DNA of 64,000 bases from Eubacterium sp. (GTDB lineage: Bacteria; Bacillota; Clostridia; Lachnospirales; Lachnospiraceae), in contig JALERM010000155.1 in the NCBI GenBank assembly GCA_022764165.1, positions 12 through 64,011 of the forward strand, in the 5' to 3' direction. The first letter of the stretch is position 1, and each line of letters begins with the position of its first letter. A program made the translations under genes and the position numbers. This document shows, one piece after another, positions 47,309-57,858 of this stretch. The notes beneath the pieces were generated by a model that ran no database searches, had not been told where the DNA came from, and saw only the letters and a program-made list of their open reading frames with translations.

Positions 47309-48982
47309 TCATCCCAGTATAACCACCTGGAATCCATCCATATGTAGTGTATTTCCCTCAAGCAGGAAATTTTCCATATTATTCATCAACACCTTGCGGT
47401 ATCCGTCGGGCAGTTCCACATCCTGAGGTTCCGGCTGATAATTAGCCACTACCAACAGACTTCCCGATTCCCCATTTCGATAGAATGCCATCAGGTTGGT
47501 TTGTTCTTCCAGATACGGAACAAACTCACCGTAGACGATGGTTTCTCCGTACACAGGCGATTTCCGGAGGGACAGAAGATCCTTATACCAGTGATACAGA
47601 GAATCCGGCCGTTCGATTTGTTCAGCCGCATTGATTGTGGTATAGTTTGGATTCAGCTTCAGCCAGGGTGTGCCTGTAGTGAAGCCGGCCTGCGGGGAAT
47701 CGTTCCACTGGAAAGGAGTGCGGGCATTATCCCGGGTAAAATGAGACACCACGTGTAGTGCTTCTTCCTCGGAAAGTCCCCGGGCAATTGCCTGATCATA
47801 TTCATGTCGTGTGGTGCAGTCATCAATTTCGTCAATCGATGAAAAACTCACATTGGTCATGCCGATTTCCTGCCCCTGATAAATAAAGGGAAGTCCCCGC
47901 AGCATCACATTGACTGCAGCCAGCATTTTCTTCGCAGACTCGCTGTTACAGCTTTCCGGGAGATAATGGCTCACCCCACGGGGTTCATCGTGATTTTCAA
48001 TGATATTTGAAATAAATCCGATATCCCCCAGACGTTTCTGCGTATCAAATGCACATTTCTTATAGGTGTCTCCCCATACACTGGTCTGGCAGGCATACCA
48101 TCCATCCTCACTTTTACCGGCCATTGTCTCACTGAAATCAAACATCGAAGAAAAATGCCCGTCATTTCCAATGAAAGCATTCAGAGCGTCCTCCCGGTCA
48201 GAAAATACTTCCCCCACGGTAAATGCCTGATGCTTTTCAAAGGTCTCTATTTTCATTTCATGGAGAAAATCATCCAGCCCGGAAGCATCGTGGAGCATGT
48301 TCTGGACAGAGGTCAGCCCGTCCTCACGGTCTGCCGGATAACAGGTGTGAATATCCGGTTTCTTGATATTAACGATGGCATCAATACGGAAACCGGCGAT
48401 TCCCTTCTCCAGCCACCAGTTGATCATCCGATACACTTCCTGGCGGAGCGCAGGATTTTCCCAGTTCAGATCCGGCTGCTTTTTGTGAAATACATGGAGA
48501 TAATACTTATCCTCGTGTCCCGGAAGCTTGTCCCACACCGGACCGCCAAAATAAGACCGCCAGTTGTTGGGCAGCTTTCCGTCTTTGACATCTTCAATAT
48601 AAAAATACTTACCGTAAGGCCCATCCGGGTCTTCGCAGGCTTTGCGAAACCATTCATGCTCGTCAGAACAGTGGTTGACAACCAGATCCATAACAATATA
48701 CATATCTCTGGATTTCGCTTCTCTCAGAAGTTCCTCCATATCTTCCATCGTCCCGAAACGGGGATCAATATTCTGGTAATCAGAAATGTCGTAGCCCTGA
48801 TCAGCCAGTGGTGAACAATAAATCGGAGACAGCCAGATAATATCGATGCCCAGGTCCTTCAAATAATCCAGTTTCCTGATAACGCCCCGCAAATCACCGA
48901 TACCATCACCGTTGGTATCATAAAAACTTTTCGGATAAATCTGATAAGCGGCTTTCCCATGCCACCATTGTTTCTTTAACAT
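47309..48982 (-). CDS. GH13 alpha-glucosidase (oligo-1,6-glucosidase-like)
   Basis: YQIYPKSF, DLVVNH, QPDLNWEN, FRIDAI, VGE, ENHDEPR, RDNARTP. Confidence 0.93.
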   Translation of the reverse strand: MLKKQWWHGKAAYQIYPKSFYDTNGDGIGDLRGVIRKLDYLKDLGIDIIWLSPIYCSPLADQGYDISDYQNIDPRFGTMEDMEELLREAKSRDMYIVMDLVVNHCSDEHEWFRKACEDPDGPYGKYFYIEDVKDGKLPNNWRSYFGGPVWDKLPGHEDKYYLHVFHKKQPDLNWENPALRQEVYRMINWWLEKGIAGFRIDAIVNIKKPDIHTCYPADREDGLTSVQNMLHDASGLDDFLHEMKIETFEKHQAFTVGEVFSDREDALNAFIGNDGHFSSMFDFSETMAGKSEDGWYACQTSVWGDTYKKCAFDTQKRLGDIGFISNIIENHDEPRGVSHYLPESCNSESAKKMLAAVNVMLRGLPFIYQGQEIGMTNVSFSSIDEIDDCTTRHEYDQAIARGLSEEEALHVVSHFTRDNARTPFQWNDSPQAGFTTGTPWLKLNPNYTTINAAEQIERPDSLYHWYKDLLSLRKSPVYGETIVYGEFVPYLEEQTNLMAFYRNGESGSLLVVANYQPEPQDVELPDGYRKVLMNNMENFLLEGNTLHMDGFQVVILG

Positions 48983-49019
48983 AGTCAGTTCCTCCTGTAA
49001 ATGTACTGTTAGATGTTAC

Positions 49020-49058
49020 TTGGAAAGGGACGGAAACTTTCCAACGAATAACAAAAAG
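49020..49058. repeat. Family-G repeat, collapsed copy E
   Basis: TTGGAAAGGGACGGAAACTTTCCAACGAATAACAAAAAG shares both arms with 7515-7555. Confidence 0.55.
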
Positions 49059-49112
49059 TATACTAAATGTAATGCAGAAAAACTAACGAAAAACTGATAA
49101 AAAAGTACGTTA

Positions 49113-50039
49113 TTATGACTTTTTTGAAAATGCAGTCTTCCGATATTGCAGCGGTGTGGTTCCGGTCTTCCTGCGGAAGAGCCGCTGAAAATTTCCCATA
49201 TTGTTAAATCCGCAGTCCAGGCTGATATCTGTCACAGGGCGTTCTGTATTTTCCAGAAGATAGATGACTTTGTTCAGCCGGTAGTCGTTCAGGTAATCAA
49301 TAGGAGATTTTCCGATTGCTTTTTTGAAAAACCGGCAGAAATACTGTTCGTTCATATTGACAAGAGCAGACAGATCCTGAATATAGAGCTTTTCTCCATA
49401 ATGCTGCCGGATATAGGCCAGAACTGTTTTGATTGATTCGATTCTCTGATTTTCCAGAAGCACATCACGGCACATCAGTTCATGCTCCATCATAATGGCG
49501 ACAAACTGGAGCAGAGATGCCTTAATCTGCATCTGGGAAATGATATTGTTCGTATAAATCTGATCACCGGAGCCGCTCACCTGCTGGTTGCGGCAGAATG
49601 CATCTGAGATTTTTTTGTATTCTGCTGCCAGTACATCAAATACAGGGTGAGAACGGTCCAGTATTCGGGGAAACGTCAATTTTCCCTGAATAAGAGGCAG
49701 AAGAATATGTTCATCGATAGAATCATAGTTGTAAAAACGCAGCATCTGTGGGTCGAAGACAATAGCCTGTTCTTCATATTCCTGAGACACAGAACGGAGA
49801 TCATGAAGTTCGCCCCGGTTGACAAAGAGAAAACATTCCTTATGTATTTCAAAAGATTCCATATTGATAAGTGCTTTGTATTTTCCGGATTTCAGGTAGA
49901 GAATTTCAATTTCCTCGTGCCAGTGATGCTTCACCTGAAGGCGTGTGAAATTACCGGTCGTAAGATAATAGGCACAGGGGAAAATACTGGTGCCGTGTGC
50001 ACGGATTTCCCGTAAATTTTGTTTTTGTGAAGAGTCCAT
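49113..50039 (-). CDS. AraC family transcriptional regulator
   Basis: Cupin HHWHEEIE and C-terminal HTH YFCRFFKK...CGFNNMGNFQRLFRR..G.TP.QYR. Confidence 0.93.
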   Translation of the reverse strand: MDSSQKQNLREIRAHGTSIFPCAYYLTTGNFTRLQVKHHWHEEIEILYLKSGKYKALINMESFEIHKECFLFVNRGELHDLRSVSQEYEEQAIVFDPQMLRFYNYDSIDEHILLPLIQGKLTFPRILDRSHPVFDVLAAEYKKISDAFCRNQQVSGSGDQIYTNNIISQMQIKASLLQFVAIMMEHELMCRDVLLENQRIESIKTVLAYIRQHYGEKLYIQDLSALVNMNEQYFCRFFKKAIGKSPIDYLNDYRLNKVIYLLENTERPVTDISLDCGFNNMGNFQRLFRRKTGTTPLQYRKTAFSKKS

Positions 50040-50118
50040 AAAAATCCTCCGTAGCTAAATTACAAAAACTCTGTATCAAAATATTATCATATTGGCACAG
50101 CAAAAGCAATTTTCTATG

Positions 50119-50146
50119 GATAGTAAAAAATAAAGACTCATACAAT
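50119..50146 (+). promoter_or_regulatory. sigmaE-like promoter of spoIIM
   Basis: GATA-N16-CATACAAT. Confidence 0.6.
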
Positions 50147-50160
50147 ATAAGGGAGGGATT

Positions 50161-50751
50161 ATGTGCATGTATATGAGAAAAAATCGAAATCCGGAAACAT
50201 ATTCTGTTCTTTGGTTTCTGCTGGGCTGCCTGGCGGCAGGAACAGCCGCCGGAGCAATTTTTGCCAATCTCACCTGGCCGGATTATGGTATGGAATCTCA
50301 AATGCCCGGGATTTATCTTGCGGAACAACTGAAGAAGAAACCGATAGCTTCAGGACAATATGTACGCTATCTGTGTGGCAGGAGACTGCCGTTTTTTCTG
50401 GTGATTGCTGTGAGCGGGCTTACCGGAATGGCACGGCTGATGACGGCTTTGATATTTTTTGTATTGGGGCTGTTTTTGGGAGCAGCCGGAAGTATGGCAT
50501 TGCTGCAGCACGGAGTGAAAGGCTTCGGCATTTTCATAGCAGTCAATCTGCCCCATGGTATCGTATATTTCCTGGTATTACTTCGAATGATGGTTTCCGT
50601 CTATGAATGGAATGGAAAAATCATTCGTCAGGTGCCGGGAAGGATCAGATCCTATGTGACTATGGCTGTGATCGGACTCCTTTGCTGGATTGCGGGAATT
50701 TTTCTGGAAGCTTACGTCAATCCTATGATTCTAAAATATCTGCTGCTGTAA
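50161..50751 (+). CDS. spoIIM: Stage II sporulation protein M-like membrane protein
   Basis: Multi-TM, NLPHGIVYF, LEAYVNP. Confidence 0.7.
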   Translation: MCMYMRKNRNPETYSVLWFLLGCLAAGTAAGAIFANLTWPDYGMESQMPGIYLAEQLKKKPIASGQYVRYLCGRRLPFFLVIAVSGLTGMARLMTALIFFVLGLFLGAAGSMALLQHGVKGFGIFIAVNLPHGIVYFLVLLRMMVSVYEWNGKIIRQVPGRIRSYVTMAVIGLLCWIAGIFLEAYVNPMILKYLLL

Positions 50752-50755
50752 ATAT

Positions 50756-50800
50756 AAAATTGCCCCGGGGATTTTTACAAAATCCCCGGGGCAATTTTTT
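50756..50800. terminator. Bidirectional CCCCGGGG-armed terminator between convergent spoIIM and aroF
   Basis: AAAATTGCCCCGGGGATTTTTACAAAATCCCCGGGGCAATTTTTT. Confidence 0.75.
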
Positions 50801-50814
50801 GATTTTTTAAAATT

Positions 50815-51849
50815 CTAGCACTTCTCTGCAATCGTATAAATCAGTTTCTCGGAGTCATCCCATCCCAGACAGGGGTCTGTGATAGATTTTCCGAATACAT
50901 GATTGGCGCAGCCGATTTTCTGGCTTCCTTCCTCCAGATAGCTCTCGATCATAACACCTTTGACAAGGTTATGAATTTCCGGGGAAAGGCTGCGGCTGTG
51001 CAGTACTTCCTGAACAATACGAATCTGTTCTTTGTACTTTTTGTTGGAATTGGAGTGGTTGGCATCAACGATGACAGCCGGGTTCTGCAGATCGCGTTCA
51101 TTATACTTTTCAAGCAGAAGCTGCAGATCTTCGTAATGATAGTTGGGAATGGTGTTTCCGTGTTTGTTGACAGCACCTCGAAGAATGGTGTGAGCCAGCG
51201 GGTTTCCGGAAGTCTCCACTTCCCAGTTCCGGTAAATAAAGTTCTGTTTTACCTGTGCAGCTACCACAGAGTTCAGCATAACAGAGAAATCTCCGCTGGT
51301 AGGGTTCTTCATGCCGGCAGGGATATCCATACCGCTGACTACCAGACGATGCTGCTGATTCTCAACAGAGCGGGCACCGATGGCCACATAGGAGAGAATA
51401 TCGTCCAGATATCTCCAGTTTTCCGGATAAAGCATCTCATCGGCAGCCGTAAGTCCGGAAGACTCTACCGCATGCATATGCATTTTCCGAAGTGCAATCA
51501 ATCCATGCAGAAGATCCGGTTTTTTCTCGGGATCCGGCTGATGAAGAATTCCCTTATAGCCTTCTCCGGTTGTACGCGGTTTGTTGGTATAGATCCTGGG
51601 AATCAGAATCAGTTTATCTGCAACTTTTTCCTGCACACGTGCAAGACGATCAATATATTCACAGACCGCTTCTTCATTATCTGCGGAACATGGACCGATA
51701 ATAACAATAAATTTGTCGGATTCTCCGGTGAAAACTTTACGGATCATAGCATCCCGCTCAGCTTTTACTCTTGCAACTTTCTGAGTGACCGGATAATCTG
51801 CCTTGATTTCAGTCGGTGTAGGCAATCTTTTTAAAAATTCAATACCCAT
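50815..51849 (-). CDS. aroF: DAHP synthase (class I alpha)
   Basis: IGPCS, KPRTT.EGYKG, AIGARS, KNPTSG, DANHSNS, SITDPCLGW. Confidence 0.93.
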   Translation of the reverse strand: MGIEFLKRLPTPTEIKADYPVTQKVARVKAERDAMIRKVFTGESDKFIVIIGPCSADNEEAVCEYIDRLARVQEKVADKLILIPRIYTNKPRTTGEGYKGILHQPDPEKKPDLLHGLIALRKMHMHAVESSGLTAADEMLYPENWRYLDDILSYVAIGARSVENQQHRLVVSGMDIPAGMKNPTSGDFSVMLNSVVAAQVKQNFIYRNWEVETSGNPLAHTILRGAVNKHGNTIPNYHYEDLQLLLEKYNERDLQNPAVIVDANHSNSNKKYKEQIRIVQEVLHSRSLSPEIHNLVKGVMIESYLEEGSQKIGCANHVFGKSITDPCLGWDDSEKLIYTIAEKC

Positions 51850-51914
51850 GGTGTTCTCCTCGTTTGAAAATTAAGATTATCTCTTTTGCATTTTAAAGCA
51901 TTGTAGTGAAAAAA

Positions 51915-53435
51915 TCAAGAGGTTTTTACAATCCCCATAGCAGTCAGTAAAAGAAAATACAGCAGTCCGCTGATACAAATGCCCGGCATCAGGCAGATGA
52001 TAGCCGGAAATTGTGTACCCTGCCGAAGAAATCCAAGAACAGCTTTTCCGGTCGTGCAGCTGATCAGCAGGGCAGCCAGCGGCAGGAAAATCCATTGTAT
52101 GGAAGCAATGAAAATGGGTATGCTTTTTGAGAGAAAATATAAATTCAGTAAAAACATAACAATCTGGCTGATCAGAAGACCGATCAGATACCCCTGAATC
52201 CCGTAACGGGGAATGGCAAATACCGCAAAAAGAATCCGAATCAGCAGACCGGCAGCATTTTGCAGAAAAGAAAGACCGGTATGCCCCAGCCCATTCAGAA
52301 TACTTGACAGGGTAGATGTCAGATAGAGGAACGGGCAGAGAAATGACAGCATTCTCAGAAAAACACCGGCATCTTCATTGTGATAAATCATGGTTCCCAG
52401 AGAGGGACCAAAGGTAAAAAATACACCTGCACATAGAATTCCCAGCAGCAGACAGTATTTAATCGTCTTTTCTGTGGCCTCCTGTATTTTCTGATGATTC
52501 CCTGCTGCCTGGTCTCCGGCCACTGACGGAAGAAGCATGGTGGAAACGGCACTGGTGATGGCAGATGGAAATAAAATAAAGGGGAGAGCCATTCCGGTCA
52601 GGATTCCGTACACGCTGAGTGCCTGTGAGGAAGAAAGCCCTGCGATCTGAAGTCTGGCAGGAATCATGATGGCCTCGGCACTCTGCAAAAGATTCAGAAG
52701 AATTCGGTTGGCAGTCAGCGGAGCCGAAAGCTTTACCAGCTGCCGTCCGCACAGGCTTAACAGGGGCAAGTCCGTCCGCCCGGCTGCAGTTTTTTGAAAA
52801 TCCAGTAAAATACAAATAGAGGACAGAAGTCCTGAGACAATTTCTCCGGCCAGAACACCGCCGGCTGCCAGCAGAGGGGTGGGCTCCATACCCTGTTGGA
52901 TGAAAATCAGATATATCATCCAGGAAGCACCAACCCGGACAAGTTGTTCCAGAAGCTGGGTGGCGGAAGGAATCAGGGTTCTTTTCGATGAAAAATACCA
53001 GGCGTTGATACAGGTATGTAGTGTTCCCGCCGGTAAGCTGAAAGCAATCAGGTGCAGCAGGGGTGCACAACGCTGTTCTTTCAGGATGTGGAGACTGATA
53101 ACCTCGGCATATCGTACAATAATCCCGGTACAAATGAGGGAAATTGCCAGTGAAATCCCTGTCCCTGCCAGAAAAAATCCTTTTGTTTTTCGGGAATCTC
53201 CGGCGGCAAGAGAGGAAGCACAGCATCGGGAAATTCCGGTCTGAATACCGGCGGCGGACAGGGAAAATGCAAATGCATAAACCGGAAAAACCAGCTGATA
53301 GATTCCCATTCCTTCTGCACCGATTACCCGTGAAAGGAATATTTTATAGAAGAAGCCGATAAAACGAGAGAAAAATCCGGCAAGTGTCAGAAAAAGTGCA
53401 CCGGTAAGCAGAGGATGTTTTGCATTGTATTTCAT
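51915..53435 (-). CDS. MOP-superfamily flippase (SpoVB-like)
   Basis: RFIGFFYKIFLSRVIGAEGMGIYQL, YGILTGMALP. Confidence 0.85.
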   Translation of the reverse strand: MKYNAKHPLLTGALFLTLAGFFSRFIGFFYKIFLSRVIGAEGMGIYQLVFPVYAFAFSLSAAGIQTGISRCCASSLAAGDSRKTKGFFLAGTGISLAISLICTGIIVRYAEVISLHILKEQRCAPLLHLIAFSLPAGTLHTCINAWYFSSKRTLIPSATQLLEQLVRVGASWMIYLIFIQQGMEPTPLLAAGGVLAGEIVSGLLSSICILLDFQKTAAGRTDLPLLSLCGRQLVKLSAPLTANRILLNLLQSAEAIMIPARLQIAGLSSSQALSVYGILTGMALPFILFPSAITSAVSTMLLPSVAGDQAAGNHQKIQEATEKTIKYCLLLGILCAGVFFTFGPSLGTMIYHNEDAGVFLRMLSFLCPFLYLTSTLSSILNGLGHTGLSFLQNAAGLLIRILFAVFAIPRYGIQGYLIGLLISQIVMFLLNLYFLSKSIPIFIASIQWIFLPLAALLISCTTGKAVLGFLRQGTQFPAIICLMPGICISGLLYFLLLTAMGIVKTS

Positions 53436-53521
53436 AAAAACCTCGAAATGCTTTTAGATAAATATATGTGAAAGACGGACTTGACAGAACCGGGGAAGAG
53501 TGATATGCTAGCACCAGTGAA

Positions 53522-53542
53522 ATCCCAGTAAAACACTAGGAT
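53522..53542. promoter_or_regulatory. Candidate Rrf2/IscR operator
   Basis: ATCCCAGT-AAAAC-ACTAGGAT just downstream of TTGACA-17-TATGCT. Confidence 0.5.
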
Positions 53543-53566
53543 ATTAACCTCACAGGAGGAACCAGC

Positions 53567-54025
53567 ATGAAGTTATCAACAAAAGGAAGATATGGCCTGC
53601 GAGCCATGATTGACCTTGCCTTATATAGCGAACAGGAACCGGTATCGATTCAGAGTATCGCACTCCGGCAGAACATGTCGGAACGGTATCTGGAGCAGCT
53701 GATGGCCAGTCTGAAAAAAGCCGGTCTGGTGACCAGTATTCGCGGTGCATCCGGCGGATATCAGCTGGCAAAGCCGTCCATTGGTATCTCAGTGGGGGAC
53801 ATTCTCAGGGCTCTGGAGGGAGATCTGAGAGCTGTGACCTGCAGTGCTGCCGGAGATGATGGCGGATGTGAGAATGCAGATCTTTGTGTGACCAGATATG
53901 TGTGGCAGCGGATCAACGAAAGCATCACACACGCAGTGGATACCATGTATCTGAATCAACTGGTTGAGGAAAGCAGAAAACTTAAAGAAAAAGGACAGAC
54001 ACAGCCTACAGGCTGTCAGGGATAG
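53567..54025 (+). CDS. iscR: Rrf2 family regulator (IscR-like, 3 Cys)
   Basis: MKLSTKGRYGLRAM, YLEQLM, RGASGGY, C..C..C. Confidence 0.85.
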   Translation: MKLSTKGRYGLRAMIDLALYSEQEPVSIQSIALRQNMSERYLEQLMASLKKAGLVTSIRGASGGYQLAKPSIGISVGDILRALEGDLRAVTCSAAGDDGGCENADLCVTRYVWQRINESITHAVDTMYLNQLVEESRKLKEKGQTQPTGCQG

Positions 54026-54039
54026 GAGGCTATAATTAT

Positions 54040-55221
54040 ATGAAAAAATTGATTTATCTGGACAATGCGGCGACAACCAAAACAGCGCCGGAAGTTGTGG
54101 AAGCCATGCTTCCGTACTTTACCGAGTACTATGGCAATGCATCCAGTATATATGAACTGGCCGGTGAAAGCAAAAAGGCCATGAATGAAGGACGTGCAAA
54201 AATTGCTGACGTTCTTGGCGCCAATGCAAACGAGATTTATTTTACAGGCGGTGGTTCCGAGGCGGACAACTGGGCACTGAAAGCAACCTACGAAGCATAC
54301 AAAAACAAAGGAAACCACATTATCACTACCAAAATTGAGCATCATGCCATCCTGCATACCTGCGAATGGCTGGAAAAACAGGGTGCCAAAATCACATATC
54401 TGGATGTGGATGAGAATGGTATCATTCGTCTGGAAGACCTGGAAAAAGCACTTACTCCGGAGACCATCCTGATCTCTGTGATGGCTGCCAACAACGAAAT
54501 CGGCTCCATTCAGCCAATCAAAGAAATCGGTGCCATTGCAAAAGAGCATGGTATTCTGTTCCATACCGATGCGGTGCAGGCATTCGGACAGCTCCCCATC
54601 AATGTGGATGAATGTCATATCGACATGCTCAGCTCCAGTGCACACAAGATCAACGGACCCAAAGGAATCGGCTTCCTGTACATCCGCAAGGGAGTGAAAA
54701 TCCGTTCCCTGATCCACGGCGGCGCTCAGGAAAGAAAAAGAAGAGCCGGAACAGAAAATATTCCGGGAATCGTCGGCTATGGTGTAGCAGCAGAACGTGC
54801 GGCAAGAACCATGGAAGAACGTACCGCAAAAGAAAGAGAAGTGAGAGATTATCTCATCAACAAAATCGAGACAGAGATTCCATACTGCCGTCTCAACGGT
54901 CACAGAACTCTTCGTCTCCCGAACAATGTAAACTTCAGCTTCCAGTTTATCGAGGGAGAATCCCTGCTGATCATGCTGGATATGGAAGGCATCTGTGCCT
55001 CCAGCGGTTCCGCATGTACTTCAGGTTCTCTGGACCCGTCCCATGTACTTCTGGCTATCGGACTTCCTCATGAGATCGCTCACGGCTCCCTGCGTCTGAC
55101 CATCAGTGAAGAAACCACAAAAGAAGATGTAGACTTTGTAGTAGAAAAAATCAAAGAAATCGTGGCAAGACTGAGAAGCATGTCTCCGCTTTACGAAGAC
55201 TTTATCAAAAAACAGAAATAA
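54040..55221 (+). CDS. iscS: Cysteine desulfurase
   Basis: YLDNAATT, HTDAVQA, SAHKINGPKG, SSGSACTS. Confidence 0.96.
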   Translation: MKKLIYLDNAATTKTAPEVVEAMLPYFTEYYGNASSIYELAGESKKAMNEGRAKIADVLGANANEIYFTGGGSEADNWALKATYEAYKNKGNHIITTKIEHHAILHTCEWLEKQGAKITYLDVDENGIIRLEDLEKALTPETILISVMAANNEIGSIQPIKEIGAIAKEHGILFHTDAVQAFGQLPINVDECHIDMLSSSAHKINGPKGIGFLYIRKGVKIRSLIHGGAQERKRRAGTENIPGIVGYGVAAERAARTMEERTAKEREVRDYLINKIETEIPYCRLNGHRTLRLPNNVNFSFQFIEGESLLIMLDMEGICASSGSACTSGSLDPSHVLLAIGLPHEIAHGSLRLTISEETTKEDVDFVVEKIKEIVARLRSMSPLYEDFIKKQK

Positions 55222-55236
55222 TTGGAGGAAATAAAA

Positions 55237-55680
55237 ATGTACAGTGAAAAAGTTATGGATCATTTTCAGCATCCAAGAAATGTAGGCGAAATCGAGAATG
55301 CAAGCGGTGTCGGCACCGTTGGCAATGCAAAATGCGGTGACATCATGAGAATGTACCTGGATGTGGATGACAACGGCATTATTCAGGACTGCAAGTTCAA
55401 AACCTTCGGCTGTGGTGCAGCGGTAGCAACCAGCAGCATGGCAACAGAACTGGTAAAAGGAAAAACCATCCAGGAAGCCCTTCAGGTAACAAATAAAGCC
55501 GTAATGGAAGCTCTGGACGGATTGCCGCCGGTAAAAGTACACTGCTCACTTCTGGCAGAAGAAGCCATCCATGCAGCACTCTGGGACTATGCCGAGAAAA
55601 AAGGCATCAAAATCGAAGGCCTGACCAAACCAAAGTCTGACATCCACGAAGGCGAAGAGGAAGAAGAAGAGGAATACTAA
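55237..55680 (+). CDS. nifU: Fe-S cluster scaffold (NifU/IscU type)
   Basis: YSEKVMDHF.HPRNVG, CGD, FGCGAA, KVHCS. Start at ATG 55237. Confidence 0.93.
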   Translation: MYSEKVMDHFQHPRNVGEIENASGVGTVGNAKCGDIMRMYLDVDDNGIIQDCKFKTFGCGAAVATSSMATELVKGKTIQEALQVTNKAVMEALDGLPPVKVHCSLLAEEAIHAALWDYAEKKGIKIEGLTKPKSDIHEGEEEEEEEY

Positions 55681-55718
55681 AAAACAAAACGCCCCGGGGG
55701 AAACTCTGGGGCGGCTTG

Positions 55719-55779
55719 CTTTGTAATTCCTTTGAGGGAGGGGACGGAGAAGCTCTGTGATTTTCAGAATTTTCCGTCC
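55719..55779. repeat. Family-G repeat, copy F
   Basis: CTTTGTAATTCCTTTGAGGGAGGGGACGGAGAA ... TTTTCCGTCC. Confidence 0.55.
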
Positions 55780-55807
55780 ACTTTCACAACTAAAAAGGAG
55801 GCAATAC

Positions 55808-56602
55808 ATGATTTCCGACTGTCATTTACATACATCATTTTCCACCGACAGCACCACCCCTGTGGAGTCTCAGGTTGAAAAGGCGATTTCTCTGGGTATG
55901 GAACACATCTGTATCACGGATCATATGGACATGGATTATCCGGAAGGGGAGTTCCAGCTGGACACGGACCGTTATGTGGAAAAAATTCTGGATATCCGTG
56001 AAAAATATAAAGATAAGATTGATATTTCCCTTGGAGTGGAACTGGGGCTGCAGGAACATTTGCAGGAAAGATTGAGCCAGTACATTGAAAAATACCCCTT
56101 TGATTTTGTCATCGGCTCCATGCATTTGATTTATGGAGAAGATCCGTATTATCAGGAAATTTTTAAAAGAACAGGAGACGAACAGGCATATCGGGAGTAT
56201 TTTCAGCAGACATTGAAGAATCTCTACACGGCTCCGGTTATCGACACACTGGGTCACCTGGATTATGTGGTACGGTACGGGATTCAAAAAGATAAAGAAT
56301 ATTCTTACGAGAAATATTCTCATGAAATAGACGCCGTCCTGAAATTTCTGATCGAGCACCAGATTGCACTGGAAGTCAATACAGCAGGGCTTCGGATGCT
56401 GTCCTTTACCAATCCACACCCGGATGTCCTGAAAAGATACCGGCAGCTGGGAGGGGAAATGATCACCATTGGTTCTGATGCCCATACACCGGATGTGCTG
56501 GGGTATGGATTTAAGCAGCTTCCACAGCTGCTTTTGGATTGTGGATTCCGTTATTATACCGTCTTTAAAGGGAAAAAGCCCAAATATGTCCCGCTGCAAT
56601 GA
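55808..56602 (+). CDS. PHP-family histidinol-phosphatase-like protein
   Basis: DCHLH, TDH, GHLD, E.N, GSDAH. Start at ATG 55808. Confidence 0.85.
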   Translation: MISDCHLHTSFSTDSTTPVESQVEKAISLGMEHICITDHMDMDYPEGEFQLDTDRYVEKILDIREKYKDKIDISLGVELGLQEHLQERLSQYIEKYPFDFVIGSMHLIYGEDPYYQEIFKRTGDEQAYREYFQQTLKNLYTAPVIDTLGHLDYVVRYGIQKDKEYSYEKYSHEIDAVLKFLIEHQIALEVNTAGLRMLSFTNPHPDVLKRYRQLGGEMITIGSDAHTPDVLGYGFKQLPQLLLDCGFRYYTVFKGKKPKYVPLQ

Positions 56603-56735
56603 AAAGTTTTTGTGTATTTTTGAAAATATACTTGAATTTTAGAGATAAATTAGGTAAAATAATTCTAGGTTGATGTTTCTTTAACAATGTAAAGAACTCA
56701 ATAATTTTATTTACTTTTTAGGAGGAATGAAAATC

Positions 56736-57755
56736 ATGGCAGTAAAAGTAGCAATTAATGGTTTTGGACGTATTGGACGTCTTGCATTCAGACAGATGTT
56801 TGGAGCAGAAGGATTTGAAATCGTTGCAATCAACGATCTGACATCCCCGAAAATGCTGGCTCACTTACTGAAATACGATTCTACACAGGGAAGATATGCT
56901 CTGGCTGATTCTGTAACAGCTGGCGAAGATTCTATCACTGTTGATGGAAAAGAAATTAAAATTTACGCAAAAGCTAACGCAGCTGAACTTCCTTGGGGAG
57001 AAATCGGTGTTGACGTAGTTCTGGAATGTACAGGTTTCTATACCTCCAAAGCTAAAGCACAGGCTCATATCGATGCTGGTGCAAAACACGTTATCATTTC
57101 CGCTCCGGCTGGAAACGATCTGAAAACTATCGTTTACAATGTAAACCATGACACTCTGACAAACGAAGATACAGTAATCTCTGCTGCATCCTGTACAACA
57201 AACTGCCTGGCACCTATGGCTAAAGCTCTGAACGACCTGGCTCCGATCAAATCTGGTATCATGTGCACAATCCATGCTTACACAGGTGATCAGATGACTC
57301 TGGACGGACCGCAGAGAAAAGGCGATCTGAGAAGATCTCGTGCAGCTGCAGTTAACATCGTTCCGAACAGCACAGGTGCTGCAAAAGCTATCGGTCTGGT
57401 TATTCCTGAACTGAACGGCAAACTGATCGGATCTGCTCAGCGTGTTCCAACCCCAACTGGTTCCACAACTATCCTGACAGCAGTTGTTGAAGGAAATGTA
57501 ACAAAAGATCAGATCAACGCAGCTATGAAAGCAGCTTCCAACGAGTCCTTCGGTTACAACGAAGACGAAATCGTATCCAGCGATATCGTAGGAATGAGAT
57601 TTGGTTCTCTGTTTGATGCAACTCAGACAATGGTACTGCCTCTGGACAACGGAACAACAGAAGTACAGGTTGTTTCATGGTATGACAACGAGAATTCTTA
57701 CACAAGCCAGATGGTAAGAACTATCAAACACTTTGGTAAACTGCTGAACGCTTAA
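56736..57755 (+). CDS. gap: Glyceraldehyde-3-phosphate dehydrogenase
   Basis: [21 protein letters not shown]. Start at ATG 56736. Confidence 0.98.
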   Translation: MAVKVAINGFGRIGRLAFRQMFGAEGFEIVAINDLTSPKMLAHLLKYDSTQGRYALADSVTAGEDSITVDGKEIKIYAKANAAELPWGEIGVDVVLECTGFYTSKAKAQAHIDAGAKHVIISAPAGNDLKTIVYNVNHDTLTNEDTVISAASCTTNCLAPMAKALNDLAPIKSGIMCTIHAYTGDQMTLDGPQRKGDLRRSRAAAVNIVPNSTGAAKAIGLVIPELNGKLIGSAQRVPTPTGSTTILTAVVEGNVTKDQINAAMKAASNESFGYNEDEIVSSDIVGMRFGSLFDATQTMVLPLDNGTTEVQVVSWYDNENSYTSQMVRTIKHFGKLLNA

Positions 57756-57777
57756 TTTGTTCAAAAGTAGACTCATC

Positions 57778-57812
57778 AGGGGTCCGGTCTGTATGGACCG
57801 GACCTCTTTTTA
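57778..57812 (+). terminator. Internal terminator between gap and pgk
   Basis: AGGGGTCCGGTC-TGTATG-GACCGGACCTC followed by a T-run. Confidence 0.7.
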
Positions 57813-57858
57813 TAACTCTGCGAAGGAGTTTTATATAATGTAAAGGAGGCAATTTCCA

